Virus record (IMG/VR): IMGVR_UViG_3300020508_000002
Location: 1-43,355 of that record
Direction: 5' to 3' (one strand)
Source: a virus
Lineage: Duplodnaviria; Caudoviricetes
Length of the DNA stretch: 43,355 nucleotides
Shown: positions 9,906 to 18,991 of the stretch, one piece after another
Layout of the letters: each line of letters begins with the position of its first letter
Position numbering within the stretch: the stretch's first letter is position 1
The notes under the pieces: model-generated
Database searches by the model: none
What the model saw: the letters and a program-made list of their open reading frames with translations, nothing else
Told to the model about the DNA's origin: nothing
Made by a program: the position numbers and the translations under genes

Positions 9906-9975
9906 ACATGAGACCGAAGAACTGCTGAAGTGCTATAATTTCGTACAGCAGATCATCGACCACGAAGCTGCTTAA
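9853..9975 (+). CDS. Small hypothetical protein (40 aa, not in ORF track)
   Basis: GAGG SD, MNWEMLLYFLRKVVPSGEHETEELLKC..., TAATG coupling to the next gene; overlaps the upstream gene by 53 nt. Confidence 0.45.
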   Translation: MNWEMLLYFLRKVVPSGEHETEELLKCYNFVQQIIDHEAA

Positions 9976-10133
9976 TGGCCTGCGACCACTGTGGAGAGGT
10001 CGATCGTGCTATTACTATTTGGCCTCAGTACGTTCATGATAACTGTGAATGCTTGTGCCATCGGTGGAAGTCACGCAAGGGTCAAGAAGAACTAGCCGAA
10101 CAGAAAAAGAATCGGCGCAAGAAGAAGAAATAA
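9975..10133 (+). CDS. Small putative Zn-binding protein (52 aa, not in ORF track)
   Basis: MACDHC...CECLCH plus a basic tail; TAATG coupling at both ends. Confidence 0.7.
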   Translation: MACDHCGEVDRAITIWPQYVHDNCECLCHRWKSRKGQEELAEQKKNRRKKKK

Positions 10134-10741
10134 TGTCCACACACATAGCAGATATCCCTAAGCCTTTTTACTGTTACGTTCGTAATGAGTTTCTTTACGA
10201 CATGCAGAAGGGTCATGGGGAGTTCACTTCCTGCATGGTGTACGGACTTTCTTCTCTTCCCGGGAGAGCCTGGGGTCTTTCGCTGTTGCTCAACAACGGT
10301 GCAATGGTTCAGCATGTTCCGGTTCATGCAATCACATTTAACCCTAAGACCTCGCACAACCACCCACTAGATCACCTGCAAATATGGTCTTGTTACGGGT
10401 GGGATTTTGTGACGCACGAGTATGACGCACTGAAAGAGATGCCGGTCAAGGTTTACATGAAGGGCCAGTGGGAGATTGGCAGGTACATTTTTACTGCTGC
10501 GCCTTACGATGACCACTTCGCTATGTGTCCGGATCAACACAAGCACTTTAACTTTGTGCAGCTTGAGTGTGGTGCGCTTGGAGCTTTCCCTGGAAACAGG
10601 ATGTTGGTTTTCGATTCATCCTTTGTAGAATTTGAACCTGAGAGACCGTCTTACATCACCAATACCCAGTACTGGTATGTAGAAAACATTGAAGATGATC
10701 CACCTTTTGATGATGTAATCAATCACACAAATTCTCTTTAA
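10133..10741 (+). CDS. Phage hypothetical protein
   Basis: Start MSTHIADIP at a TAATG overlap; globular composition. Confidence 0.75.
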   Translation: MSTHIADIPKPFYCYVRNEFLYDMQKGHGEFTSCMVYGLSSLPGRAWGLSLLLNNGAMVQHVPVHAITFNPKTSHNHPLDHLQIWSCYGWDFVTHEYDALKEMPVKVYMKGQWEIGRYIFTAAPYDDHFAMCPDQHKHFNFVQLECGALGAFPGNRMLVFDSSFVEFEPERPSYITNTQYWYVENIEDDPPFDDVINHTNSL

Positions 10742-10782
10742 CTAGCTGTAAGCTATAATTGACCAATACTGTTAGGAGCAAT

Positions 10783-10977
10783 ATGACAGACAATAATCGG
10801 TTACCAGTGGGCTCGCTTGTCCGTATTCACGGGCAGTCAGGTGAGTTCAAGGTTAAGGGTTACAACAAGGACGGTAGCTACTGCTTGTATGGCGGTGCTG
10901 TCGGACACGGTTCTTTTAGGGATGTGGTAAACGTCCGTCCAATTGTGGAGAAGAAACGTAGAAAGGCGGCCGAATGA
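10783..10977 (+). CDS. Small hypothetical protein (SH3-like beta pattern)
   Basis: AGGAG SD before ATG 10783; ATGA overlap with the next gene. Confidence 0.65.
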   Translation: MTDNNRLPVGSLVRIHGQSGEFKVKGYNKDGSYCLYGGAVGHGSFRDVVNVRPIVEKKRRKAAE

Positions 10978-11366
10978 AACGAATCCTTATCGCCTCTCTC
11001 GCATTAATAACTTTTACCCCAACTCGTGCGTCGGCAACTCCCATAAAAAGTTGTCCGGAGTACGAGTCTTTGTTTAGGGAATACAAGCTTCCGGTTAAAC
11101 AATTTAGCAAAATCGCTTATCGTGAATCACGTTGCAACCCAAAGAGCATTTCCGCTATCAGACATACAGGAAAACCGGATGTTGGATTATTGCAAATCCA
11201 GGGTAGCTGGGCTACAGTCACGAGGAACATTTGCAAAGTGAAGTACGGTCAAGTAATCAAAGCACTTACCAAAGTGAGATGTAATCTTGCAGTAGCTTCA
11301 TATTTGTATCAGAATGGTGGCATTGGCCACTGGAAAGGAACATCAGGTCATGACAGAAATAATTAA
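10974..11366 (+). CDS. Secreted lytic transglycosylase (SLT/lysozyme-like)
   Basis: N-terminal signal peptide; IAYRESRCNP (catalytic Glu) and DVGLLQI motifs. Confidence 0.8.
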   Translation: MKRILIASLALITFTPTRASATPIKSCPEYESLFREYKLPVKQFSKIAYRESRCNPKSISAIRHTGKPDVGLLQIQGSWATVTRNICKVKYGQVIKALTKVRCNLAVASYLYQNGGIGHWKGTSGHDRNN

Positions 11367-11862
11367 AGTAGCGTTACCGGATCGCATCACAGGAGATGCA
11401 CTGGTCGCATTTCAAAACGCATTGTTATTGATGGATGATTACCGCAAAGATCTAGCCGAGGCGCAGGATTGGGAATCGTTGTGTTACGGACTTACAAACC
11501 TAATTGACTTCAAACAAAACCTTGCTGCGCTTGTGGAAACAATTCAGCACGACATTTATGACCTCATGCCCGACAAGAAACAGGTTGTTGAAGGGCTTGG
11601 TACATTTGAGAAGCGTCGTAGCAATAGCAAGAAGTGGGAGAGTGAGCGATTGCTTAACGACATTGTAAGTCACCACTTGAACAACGGCACCGGGGAGATC
11701 ACTCCGAGCACTGTCTTTAATCTTGTTGAGGACTTGAAGAAAGCAATGCCGATAACGGCGTCACTTGGATGGCGCACTGGGGCATTGAAAGAAATGCAGA
11801 TTGACATTGACGATTATTGTCAGATAACATGGGGTCGTCCTACGATCTCGGTAATTAAGTAA
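11350..11862 (+). CDS. Hypothetical protein in recombination module
   Basis: 171-codon ORF upstream of recT. Confidence 0.7.
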   Translation: MTEIIKVALPDRITGDALVAFQNALLLMDDYRKDLAEAQDWESLCYGLTNLIDFKQNLAALVETIQHDIYDLMPDKKQVVEGLGTFEKRRSNSKKWESERLLNDIVSHHLNNGTGEITPSTVFNLVEDLKKAMPITASLGWRTGALKEMQIDIDDYCQITWGRPTISVIK

Positions 11863-11872
11863 AGGAAACACC

Positions 11873-12754
11873 ATGAGTGAAATAGCAATTGTCCAACACG
11901 ATTACGAAACAATGTGGAAGCTGAGCCAACGCGTCAGTAACACAGTTTTTGTACCTACCGCGTTACGTGGTAAAAACGAGTCAGTTTTGGCTTGCATTAT
12001 GTACGGAGCAGAGCTTGGCCTGGGGCCAATGCAGGCCCTGAACAGTATCCATGTCATTGAGGGACGCACCGCAATGTCTCCCGAATTGATGAGAGCGATG
12101 GTTGCTCGTCATGGGCACCGCATTGATGTGGTTGAAAACAGCAACACAGTCTGCGAAGTTAAGGGGATCAGAGCAGATACTGGCAGTACAGCCACAGTGC
12201 GCTGGACGATGGAAGACGCCAAGATGGCTGGTCTTGCCAACAAGAACAACTGGAAGACATACCCACGTGCCATGCTTCTTGCCCGTGCAACGAGTGAGTT
12301 GTGTCGTATCGTGTTCCCCGACATTATCGCTGGCTTGTCCTACACGCCCGAAGAAGTGTCAAGCATTGAAGGTGTTGAGTATTTCCCCGAAACAACAATT
12401 GCCGAAACAGCAAAGGTTGAAGAGCCAGCTGCCGAAGAAATTGAAATTATTGATGCAGAGATTGTAGAAAAACCAGTACCAAAGAAAAAGAAAGTCGGAG
12501 AGAAGGCTGAGTTCGTAGAGCTTGCTGACATTGTGGACAAAGTGATTCCAACCAGTCCGGTTGAGAACACCAGCCCACCTTTTGAGTTTCGCTTGCGACA
12601 GGTTGAATCATGGGGCGGATGGCCATATGTAAAAGCGATTGCAAAAGTTGCTGCCAAGAAGATCGGTGTTGAAGAACCGATTAGTGCTTACGAGTTAGCC
12701 CACAGCGAAAAGCTTTACAAAGAAGTGAAGATGGCTATCAACTCCAAAAAGTAG
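11873..12754 (+). CDS. recT: RecT-like single-strand annealing protein
   Basis: GAELGLGPMQAL..IHVIEG, WT.EDAK.AGL, NW..YPRAML.ARA motifs. Confidence 0.8.
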   Translation: MSEIAIVQHDYETMWKLSQRVSNTVFVPTALRGKNESVLACIMYGAELGLGPMQALNSIHVIEGRTAMSPELMRAMVARHGHRIDVVENSNTVCEVKGIRADTGSTATVRWTMEDAKMAGLANKNNWKTYPRAMLLARATSELCRIVFPDIIAGLSYTPEEVSSIEGVEYFPETTIAETAKVEEPAAEEIEIIDAEIVEKPVPKKKKVGEKAEFVELADIVDKVIPTSPVENTSPPFEFRLRQVESWGGWPYVKAIAKVAAKKIGVEEPISAYELAHSEKLYKEVKMAINSKK

Positions 12755-12764
12755 ATAGCAAAGA

Positions 12765-12797
12765 AAAACCCCCAGGGAGAAATTCCCTGGGGGTTTT
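12765..12797. terminator. Bidirectional intrinsic terminator
   Basis: AAAACCCCCAGGGA-gaaat-TCCCTGGGGGTTTT perfect hairpin between convergent genes. Confidence 0.85.
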
Positions 12798-12846
12798 GCT
12801 GTTAGGAGCGATGTAAGTGTACACCTCCCAAAGAGTGAGCGTGGGG

Positions 12847-13116
12847 TCAGAAGGTTGATTTCTTGCGACCAAATACCGCAGTGCCGTGATCGGTGTTGCG
12901 AGCTACGAACTCATACTTCAATCCGTACTTCTTCTGTGCGTCGGAAGCACGTTGGTAACCGGATTGTTTTGTTTGATATGTGTAGAACAATGCCCACACT
13001 CCCTCGTTGGCGTCAAGGAACGCAACGAACTCGCTCATAAGTGGCATCCCTACTCGGTAGCCGTTGCGTGGTGGTGGTGGTGCTTGAAGTTCAAACTTCG
13101 GTGTTTCGTTTTCCAT
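12847..13116 (-). CDS. Hypothetical protein (89 aa)
   Basis: MENETPKFEL..., AGGA SD on the minus strand; ends at the terminator. Confidence 0.65.
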   Translation of the reverse strand: MENETPKFELQAPPPPRNGYRVGMPLMSEFVAFLDANEGVWALFYTYQTKQSGYQRASDAQKKYGLKYEFVARNTDHGTAVFGRKKSTF

Positions 13117-13208
13117 AATATTCCTAACTAGATGGTGCTCACCCACGAAAGAGAGTGAGAGAGTGAGCGAGAGAGATAGTACCCTAGCCCAGCAGTAGAA
13201 ACAACCTA

Positions 13209-13502
13209 TTAGACGGTGATCCAATAGTGACGTGAGCTCGACAGGATTGACAAGGTAAAACGAACGGCGGTGGTGACGGCAGGTGCGAACCCGACTATCT
13301 CGTTTTCTTGGCGACACTCAACTTCTTCGCCACGGGCGTTGCGATAGATACCTCTGACTGCGTACAGCCCTGCACCGACTTTGACCAGTCGCCACTCGCC
13401 ACTGTCTTTTATGATTTGGTTCACGCCAAGTGGAATCTTTGGCGGTGGGGCAACTTCGTTCAGTTGTTCTATTAAAAGTTCTAGGTCTGAAATACTTGAC
13501 AT
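13209..13502 (-). CDS. Hypothetical protein, probably leaderless mRNA
   Basis: MSSISDLELL...; ATG lies 7 nt downstream of a -10 box. Confidence 0.55.
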   Translation of the reverse strand: MSSISDLELLIEQLNEVAPPPKIPLGVNQIIKDSGEWRLVKVGAGLYAVRGIYRNARGEEVECRQENEIVGFAPAVTTAVRFTLSILSSSRHYWITV

Positions 13503-13524
13503 GGTTACGAGGATAGTCCATAAT
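13496..13524 (+). promoter_or_regulatory. Sigma70-type promoter of the early operon
   Basis: TTGACA-N17-CATAAT. Confidence 0.8.
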
Positions 13525-13538
13525 CTCTCCGTCGGCAA
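13510..13538 (-). promoter_or_regulatory. Overlapping divergent promoter
   Basis: TTGCCG-N17-TATCCT on the minus strand, 7 nt before ATG 13502. Confidence 0.55.
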
Positions 13539-13567
13539 TAACGCCGACAACGAAAGAGAGAAATAAA

Positions 13568-14338
13568 ATGACTACAACATCCTCACAATGCTGGAATGAC
13601 TTGAACCTTGCGCTGCAAGCTGGAACCGATCGTGTTCTGCTTTACGGACAGCCAGGAACAGGCAAGACCCATTTCGCATTAACAAAACACCTTGAATACT
13701 TTGACCGCACTCGCAAGTCGTACCGTGTTCTTTGCTCTCCTGACATGACCACCGCAGATGTGGACGGACTGTGGAAGCCAAGCAAGGACGAATGGAAGTT
13801 TGTGACAGGTTCAGCCCTTCGGGCATGGCAAGGTGGAGACCGCCTCATCCTTGACGAACTTGACCAAGCCTCGGGAGATGTGCTCACCGCTTTGTTGCTT
13901 ATCTGTGACAGTGACGGCTCGGCTGTTCGCGAACACCCTGAAACTGGTGAACGCCTTACACCTAAGGATGGCTTTGAAATTATTGCCACCACCAACGCCG
14001 AACGATTGACCGATTTGCCTGCCAACTTGGTGGACAGATTCCCTGTCCGTATCAACATCAACGAGGTGAACCCTGAAGCAGTTGCTTGCCTGCCGATTCA
14101 CTTGCAAGGCGTTGCTCGTGCTTATGCGAACAGAGAGCGTGACCGTTTTAGCCTTCGTTCCTTCTTTGCTTTTGACAAACTCTCTGGCCGGATAGATCGA
14201 CAAGCTGCTGTACGTCTTGTCTTCGGTGACGAGGCTCCTGCAATTTCTACGGCGATTGCCTTGTCGGAAAGCATGGGCAAGGAAAGCGTCTCTCAGGGCG
14301 CAGTGGAATTGACTGTTGGCATGAAGGTTGCGGACTGA
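13568..14338 (+). CDS. MoxR/CbbQ/CobS-like AAA+ ATPase
   Basis: Walker A GQPGTGKT, Walker B LILDELD, ATTN sensor, DRF arginine finger. Confidence 0.88.
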   Translation: MTTTSSQCWNDLNLALQAGTDRVLLYGQPGTGKTHFALTKHLEYFDRTRKSYRVLCSPDMTTADVDGLWKPSKDEWKFVTGSALRAWQGGDRLILDELDQASGDVLTALLLICDSDGSAVREHPETGERLTPKDGFEIIATTNAERLTDLPANLVDRFPVRININEVNPEAVACLPIHLQGVARAYANRERDRFSLRSFFAFDKLSGRIDRQAAVRLVFGDEAPAISTAIALSESMGKESVSQGAVELTVGMKVAD

Positions 14339-15825
14339 TGACCGACTACACGAAAAGAATTGCCTCGCCCGAATGGGTTGTAGCAGATAGGGCTGACATT
14401 GGGCTTGACCCGAGTTTGCAGGAGGGGTGGGTAGTTAATCCTGCCCCTCTTGCGAGGGGTCTCGCCTATACGGATTTCAGTTTGCACGAGATGGCACTGC
14501 CCGAAGGTGACAGTGACCAAGCCAAGGCAGTACGGGTGCATGAGATGGTTCATGCCCGTATTTCTCCGACCAGTGTTCCGCAGGCTCTCATTGACCAGTT
14601 GGGAGTGAGTGCTAACGCAATTCGCATAGCCGAAGAGATGAGAGTGAACCTTGTTGCCCGGCACGTTGCTGACCAGTTTGATAGCAAAGCTCGTATCCGT
14701 GTTGGGGATCTTGTTGGTGATGTTGTTCACTTGGCTGACGGTTCCGAGAAGGGGCTTGCAGATAGTTGTGTAGAACGGAACTCATGGAACGACGCTCTTA
14801 GTTTGTTTCTCGGTACTTACAACACCGAAGTTCACAAACTTGTTAAGCGTCGCTTGGTCAAGAATCCAATGTTCAAGGAAAACTTTGCACTCATTGAGAA
14901 GGAGATGGATTCGAATGGTTGGAAGTTTGACACTCGCAGATTTGTGCCAATTCCACGCAGGCGACTCACTAGCACTGACCCTCTAAAGTTCAGTTGGGTG
15001 GAGAAAAGTGAAGAACACTCTGTTCTCATTCCCGAAGGGTTTATGCTCCGCACCTTTCCATTGGCAAACAAAATTGAAGGATGGATGCAACAGCCACCTG
15101 CCGAATTGGAAAAGGAACTAAAGCGAACCAACGCAAGAAGAAGGCGAGACACTGGAAGCCAGTGGGAACACTTGCGTTTTGGCATGACCTCACTCACTGA
15201 AAACACTGGTTCGTTTATCGGAAAGAGAAAGAGACCAGCCATGACGGGCAAATACCCGTCACGCCCTGACCGTTTGCTTACTGACCCGGAACGCCGCATT
15301 TTTCGCGAGGTGGTTCGGGCTCGTGGTGGCGTTGTTGTCTTTGACTGCTCGGGTTCTATGGGCGTTTCTCATGAGACCGTTCGGGAAACTGTGAAGCAAT
15401 TCGCAGGAGCGTTAATCGTTGTGTACACCAACAGCACCAACAACGCAGGCGCACCTAATGCTTGGGTGGTCGCTAAGAACGGGAGAATGATTACAGAGTC
15501 AGACTTTAATGAGTTGCCACTGCACTGCGGTAACGGCGTAGATGGGCCGATACTTCGGTGGGCACTTCGGCAACGAAAGTCAAACAAGGATTTCATTCTT
15601 TGGGTGTCGGACGGACAAGTAACAGGCAAGAACGACGATATGCACGACGACCTCATCAGAGAGTGTGCGAACTTATCGGTTCGTAACAACATTGTCGGGG
15701 TGGACACTTGTGACCAGGCGATCGAGCTGCTTGCCACGATTAAGCGAACAGGGGCAGTGCCTAAAAACAAATACTGCCGACTGATAACAAACTGGGTGCG
15801 AGCCCTAGAAAAAGAAAAGGATTAA
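14338..15825 (+). CDS. vWA-domain protein with N-terminal HExxH motif (MoxR partner)
   Basis: VHEMVH zincin-like motif; MIDAS DCSGS...SDG; translationally coupled to the AAA gene. Confidence 0.8.
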   Translation: MTDYTKRIASPEWVVADRADIGLDPSLQEGWVVNPAPLARGLAYTDFSLHEMALPEGDSDQAKAVRVHEMVHARISPTSVPQALIDQLGVSANAIRIAEEMRVNLVARHVADQFDSKARIRVGDLVGDVVHLADGSEKGLADSCVERNSWNDALSLFLGTYNTEVHKLVKRRLVKNPMFKENFALIEKEMDSNGWKFDTRRFVPIPRRRLTSTDPLKFSWVEKSEEHSVLIPEGFMLRTFPLANKIEGWMQQPPAELEKELKRTNARRRRDTGSQWEHLRFGMTSLTENTGSFIGKRKRPAMTGKYPSRPDRLLTDPERRIFREVVRARGGVVVFDCSGSMGVSHETVRETVKQFAGALIVVYTNSTNNAGAPNAWVVAKNGRMITESDFNELPLHCGNGVDGPILRWALRQRKSNKDFILWVSDGQVTGKNDDMHDDLIRECANLSVRNNIVGVDTCDQAIELLATIKRTGAVPKNKYCRLITNWVRALEKEKD

Positions 15826-15827
15826 AA

Positions 15828-16604
15828 ATGGATATCAAAGAATTACGCCCACAAGAAGTGATGGACAACTGGCTTACCGCTTACGGCTACGACAAGAACC
15901 GCAGTACAAGCCCCGAGTCCCACTCATTGGGTTATGTCCTCACCATCAACGAGGGTGTGCCCAAGTGGCGCATGTTCGGTGCGGAAGAAGTTGGCGAGCA
16001 GGCTCTGATGGGCACTTTTCGCGAGTCTCTGGCATTGTTGTCTAATGACTACAAGGCAGGCAGGTTCGGAGAAGAAACAACCCGTATCGGTGCAGTGTTG
16101 CTCGTCTCTCATGGGACAGGTCATCACGCATACAAGAACCCCGAGACAGGGGAGAACTTGCGGTATGAAGAACTGACCGAAGGGCAGAAGGAAGAACTGG
16201 CAAAACAGTTTGAGGACGACGGAGTGAGAGAGGAATTAGAGGGCGAAGTGCCTTGTCGAATCGTTAATGTCATCACGCCTACCGGACTTGCAGCTGACGT
16301 TTCGATCGTTCACAAAACTGGGGTGGTGGTTCAACAGATTGAGCAGTATCTAAACGACGGCGAGGGGACTATTCCTCAACCTTGCGGTGCGGTGGATGAT
16401 GCTCTCATGAGTACCTTTATGTTTATGCAGGTAGCCCGTGAATGTGTGGCGAGTGGTGAAGAGATGTCTTTTGCAGGCATGTTGAAAACTGCCACCGAGT
16501 TGCACGACATGCAGGGTGGCAAGCAACTGATTGCTTTCCTACTTCGTATCTTGGCTGGTGGGCTAGAAGAAGGAATTATTTCGTTAGGTGAGGATGACGA
16601 CTAA
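15828..16604 (+). CDS. Hypothetical protein
   Basis: 258-aa acidic ORF with AAGGA SD. Confidence 0.75.
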   Translation: MDIKELRPQEVMDNWLTAYGYDKNRSTSPESHSLGYVLTINEGVPKWRMFGAEEVGEQALMGTFRESLALLSNDYKAGRFGEETTRIGAVLLVSHGTGHHAYKNPETGENLRYEELTEGQKEELAKQFEDDGVREELEGEVPCRIVNVITPTGLAADVSIVHKTGVVVQQIEQYLNDGEGTIPQPCGAVDDALMSTFMFMQVARECVASGEEMSFAGMLKTATELHDMQGGKQLIAFLLRILAGGLEEGIISLGEDDD

Positions 16605-16653
16605 GACCCGATAGCCTGCCCTGTGTCGGGGTTCCCCCTTTCCCCCGACTAGC

Positions 16654-16690
16654 AAGCCCCGATAGGTATCACGCACCTGTCGGGGCTTCT
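16654..16690 (+). terminator. Hairpin-family terminator
   Basis: AAGCCCCGATAGGT/ACCTGTCGGGGCTT stem. Confidence 0.65.
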
Positions 16691-16733
16691 GCTATTCTCG
16701 GGGTGTCTTACCAAACAGAAAGAGGGACAAGAA

Positions 16734-17060
16734 ATGGAAACCAGTTACTTTGCAGATATGGGCGTGTTGGGGCTTTGCCTCATGGCTTGTGTGTGGCTTG
16801 TTGTGTTTAATCAGAATGAGAAGAAGAAATACGAGGACGCCCGACACCGAGCCATTAGTTCAGCATTGAAGGACGGCGAGCGAGTGGTGTTGTCACTGAA
16901 TGTTGTGGGCAACTATCCGCACCGTGTTCTTGTTGATGGCCGGGTGTGGGGGTTTTCCGATATGGGCGATTTGTGGAACTTTCTCGTGACCGATTCAACG
17001 GGCGAGTGTGAGAGTGCGAGAGAGTGGGGCGGAGTGCTCCTCACTCATCCATCCATCTAG
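16734..17060 (+). CDS. Small membrane-anchored hypothetical protein
   Basis: GAAAGAGGG SD; hydrophobic N-terminal segment. Confidence 0.65.
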   Translation: METSYFADMGVLGLCLMACVWLVVFNQNEKKKYEDARHRAISSALKDGERVVLSLNVVGNYPHRVLVDGRVWGFSDMGDLWNFLVTDSTGECESAREWGGVLLTHPSI

Positions 17061-17112
17061 TCCGGCGCGGCCAGGAGATCAGCTCCTCGAAACGTCCACC
17101 CGATCACTTTGG

Positions 17113-17150
17113 AGAACCCTCGGCAGTGTTTGCACTGTCGGGGGTTCTTT
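17113..17150 (+). terminator. Hairpin-family terminator
   Basis: AGAACCCTCGGCAGTG/CACTGTCGGGGGTTCT followed by TT. Confidence 0.65.
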
Positions 17151-17200
17151 CGTGTATGCTCACCCGTGGCAATAGTGCCGACAGCCTGAAAGGGGCAACA

Positions 17201-17791
17201 ATGAGAACAGCAAGCCAACTATTAGAGGACATGGGTACAGCCGTCCCTATGCCTGAGGACACGGGGGCAGTAGCCCAACTGTGGGAACTGTGGGGCAGGG
17301 AATGGGTTGAGGGTCTCGTACCTAACGACAACGATATCTATATGACTATGAACCGCCACGGACAGAACCACCGCCGACTTCCCGACATTGTTAAGCCTGA
17401 CGCTATGGCGATTGTCTGCACTGGCTGGGGTGCTCCTATCAACCCCGAGACGGGGACGCTGGACGCTGACGCTCCGAGCCTGCACCCTGAACGCCGACGG
17501 GTCACACTCTTCACCGTGGTTACTCCTCGGGCTGATGTTGCGTCCCGTTTGGTGATGGGTGACGACGAGCCGACAGATGACCCCGAAGGCGGTGGCGTTG
17601 GTGCATTGGCTGACGCTTTGGACGCTTGCGCTGTTGCGGTGTGGGGTAGTGAGTTCACCTCGTCGCTGGTCATGCAGTACGCCACGGGCAAGGCTGACGG
17701 TGCAGACGAGGCAACGCTTGACCGACTCATAGAACGGGTGGCGAATATTGCCCCGACTGTCCGTGAAGCATTAGAGGGAGAGGGCGAGTGA
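17201..17791 (+). CDS. Hypothetical protein
   Basis: GAAAGGGG SD before ATG 17201 (MRTASQLL...). Confidence 0.7.
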   Translation: MRTASQLLEDMGTAVPMPEDTGAVAQLWELWGREWVEGLVPNDNDIYMTMNRHGQNHRRLPDIVKPDAMAIVCTGWGAPINPETGTLDADAPSLHPERRRVTLFTVVTPRADVASRLVMGDDEPTDDPEGGGVGALADALDACAVAVWGSEFTSSLVMQYATGKADGADEATLDRLIERVANIAPTVREALEGEGE

Positions 17792-18069
17792 TGGGGCGAG
17801 ATATGGCGAGAAATGTTGAAGGCATGGCCGGTACGTCTGCCCTGGCAGCTCGATATGGTGTCACGCCCCCAACGCTCAACAACTGGGAGACCCGTTATCC
17901 GAACTACCCGACCCCTGCCGTTCTTATTCCTTCTAAGCGTTCCGCAATTCGCCTGTGGGATATTGAAGAAATGGACAACTGGGTGAACTGGTACCGAGTT
18001 GTCCAAATCGCAAAATTGCCAACCGTTCCAACAACAGCAACAACAACAGAAAGAGAGGTCTTGCAGTGA
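17788..18069 (+). CDS. AlpA/MerR-type helix-turn-helix DNA-binding protein
   Basis: GTSALAARYGVTPPTLNNW...YPTP...RLWDIEEMDNW pattern. Confidence 0.75.
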   Translation: MMGRDMARNVEGMAGTSALAARYGVTPPTLNNWETRYPNYPTPAVLIPSKRSAIRLWDIEEMDNWVNWYRVVQIAKLPTVPTTATTTEREVLQ

Positions 18070-18386
18070 GTGAGACAACTACCGCCCGCACTGTTTGGGA
18101 ATATGTCGAGGAGACACCGGAGCACCTGGCCGCTTTGGGTCATCTCTGGTCTTGGTCTCTCAATCACGAACCCCACAACGCACCTTTCCCCTTGTTCCTT
18201 GACCTTGTGGACTACTCACAAGAACACTTTGGGAGCAAGTGCAGTGTGTGGGGTGTGACTGACTGCGCTGGCTATGGCTCAACCATTGAGATGGGCTACC
18301 TCGTGGATGCTCTCGCCCTGTTCGTTGAGCGTCCGAGAGAGTGCGAGGAATGGCTTGATGGTCTCTTCACCTTTGAGGACGCCTAG
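18066..18386 (+). CDS. Hypothetical protein
   Basis: GTG start, GAAAGAGAGG SD, GTGA overlap. Confidence 0.7.
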   Translation: MSETTTARTVWEYVEETPEHLAALGHLWSWSLNHEPHNAPFPLFLDLVDYSQEHFGSKCSVWGVTDCAGYGSTIEMGYLVDALALFVERPRECEEWLDGLFTFEDA

Positions 18387-18440
18387 CAACGTCTCCGGCA
18401 GCTCGAAGGTGATCACCTTCGCGAACTGACCCCAACAACT

Positions 18441-18480
18441 GAACCCCGACAGGTCGCCCCCCGACTTGTCGGGGTTCTTT
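18441..18480 (+). terminator. Hairpin-family terminator
   Basis: GAACCCCGACAGGTCG/CGACTTGTCGGGGTTC followed by TTT. Confidence 0.7.
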
Positions 18481-18550
18481 CATGTCTGCTGTCTGTCGGG
18501 TAGTCTCTTCGTGTCGGGCTCGGTGCTCGGCAGTTCTGAAAGGGGACGAA

Positions 18551-18964
18551 ATGAAATACAAGACAACGCTTTACACGGGGGACGGTTTACGCCTTCTTCG
18601 TGTCGCTACCTTTGCCACCTCTGCCGAGGCTGTTGAGTGGGGGCTTGCTTGTGAAGCAATACCTCACTCTGCCGACTTCGGTGATGGCGTCCTGCAGTAT
18701 GTCGTTACTCGTTTTGAGGTTCGCCAGTGGTGCGACAGTTCCGAGGGCTGGTTTCCGTTGGGTGACTGCCCCTGCATGGACTGGCAACTAGATACGGTTG
18801 GCAACTGGGGCAAGGTTGGCGAATGTGCCGACACTGGCGACGGCTGGGCGTCTCGGGCGTTCGCTGGTGCTCTCGGTGATGACAGCACCGCTCCTGCCTG
18901 CTGGAAGTGTGGAGCGTCTGAGCGCATTGGTGACTATTGCAAGGCATGTCTCACCAATCAGTGA
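18551..18964 (+). CDS. Hypothetical protein with C-terminal CxxC...CxxC zinc ribbon
   Basis: GAAAGGGG SD; CWKC...CKAC. Confidence 0.65.
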   Translation: MKYKTTLYTGDGLRLLRVATFATSAEAVEWGLACEAIPHSADFGDGVLQYVVTRFEVRQWCDSSEGWFPLGDCPCMDWQLDTVGNWGKVGECADTGDGWASRAFAGALGDDSTAPACWKCGASERIGDYCKACLTNQ

Positions 18965-18991
18965 CCAACTAGCAACCGACTAGCAACCTAG

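Noticed and set aside
17788-18069. Excisionase implying a temperate lifestyle
   Set aside because: No integrase, ParA or att-like context found; AlpA/MerR-type HTHs also occur in lytic phages
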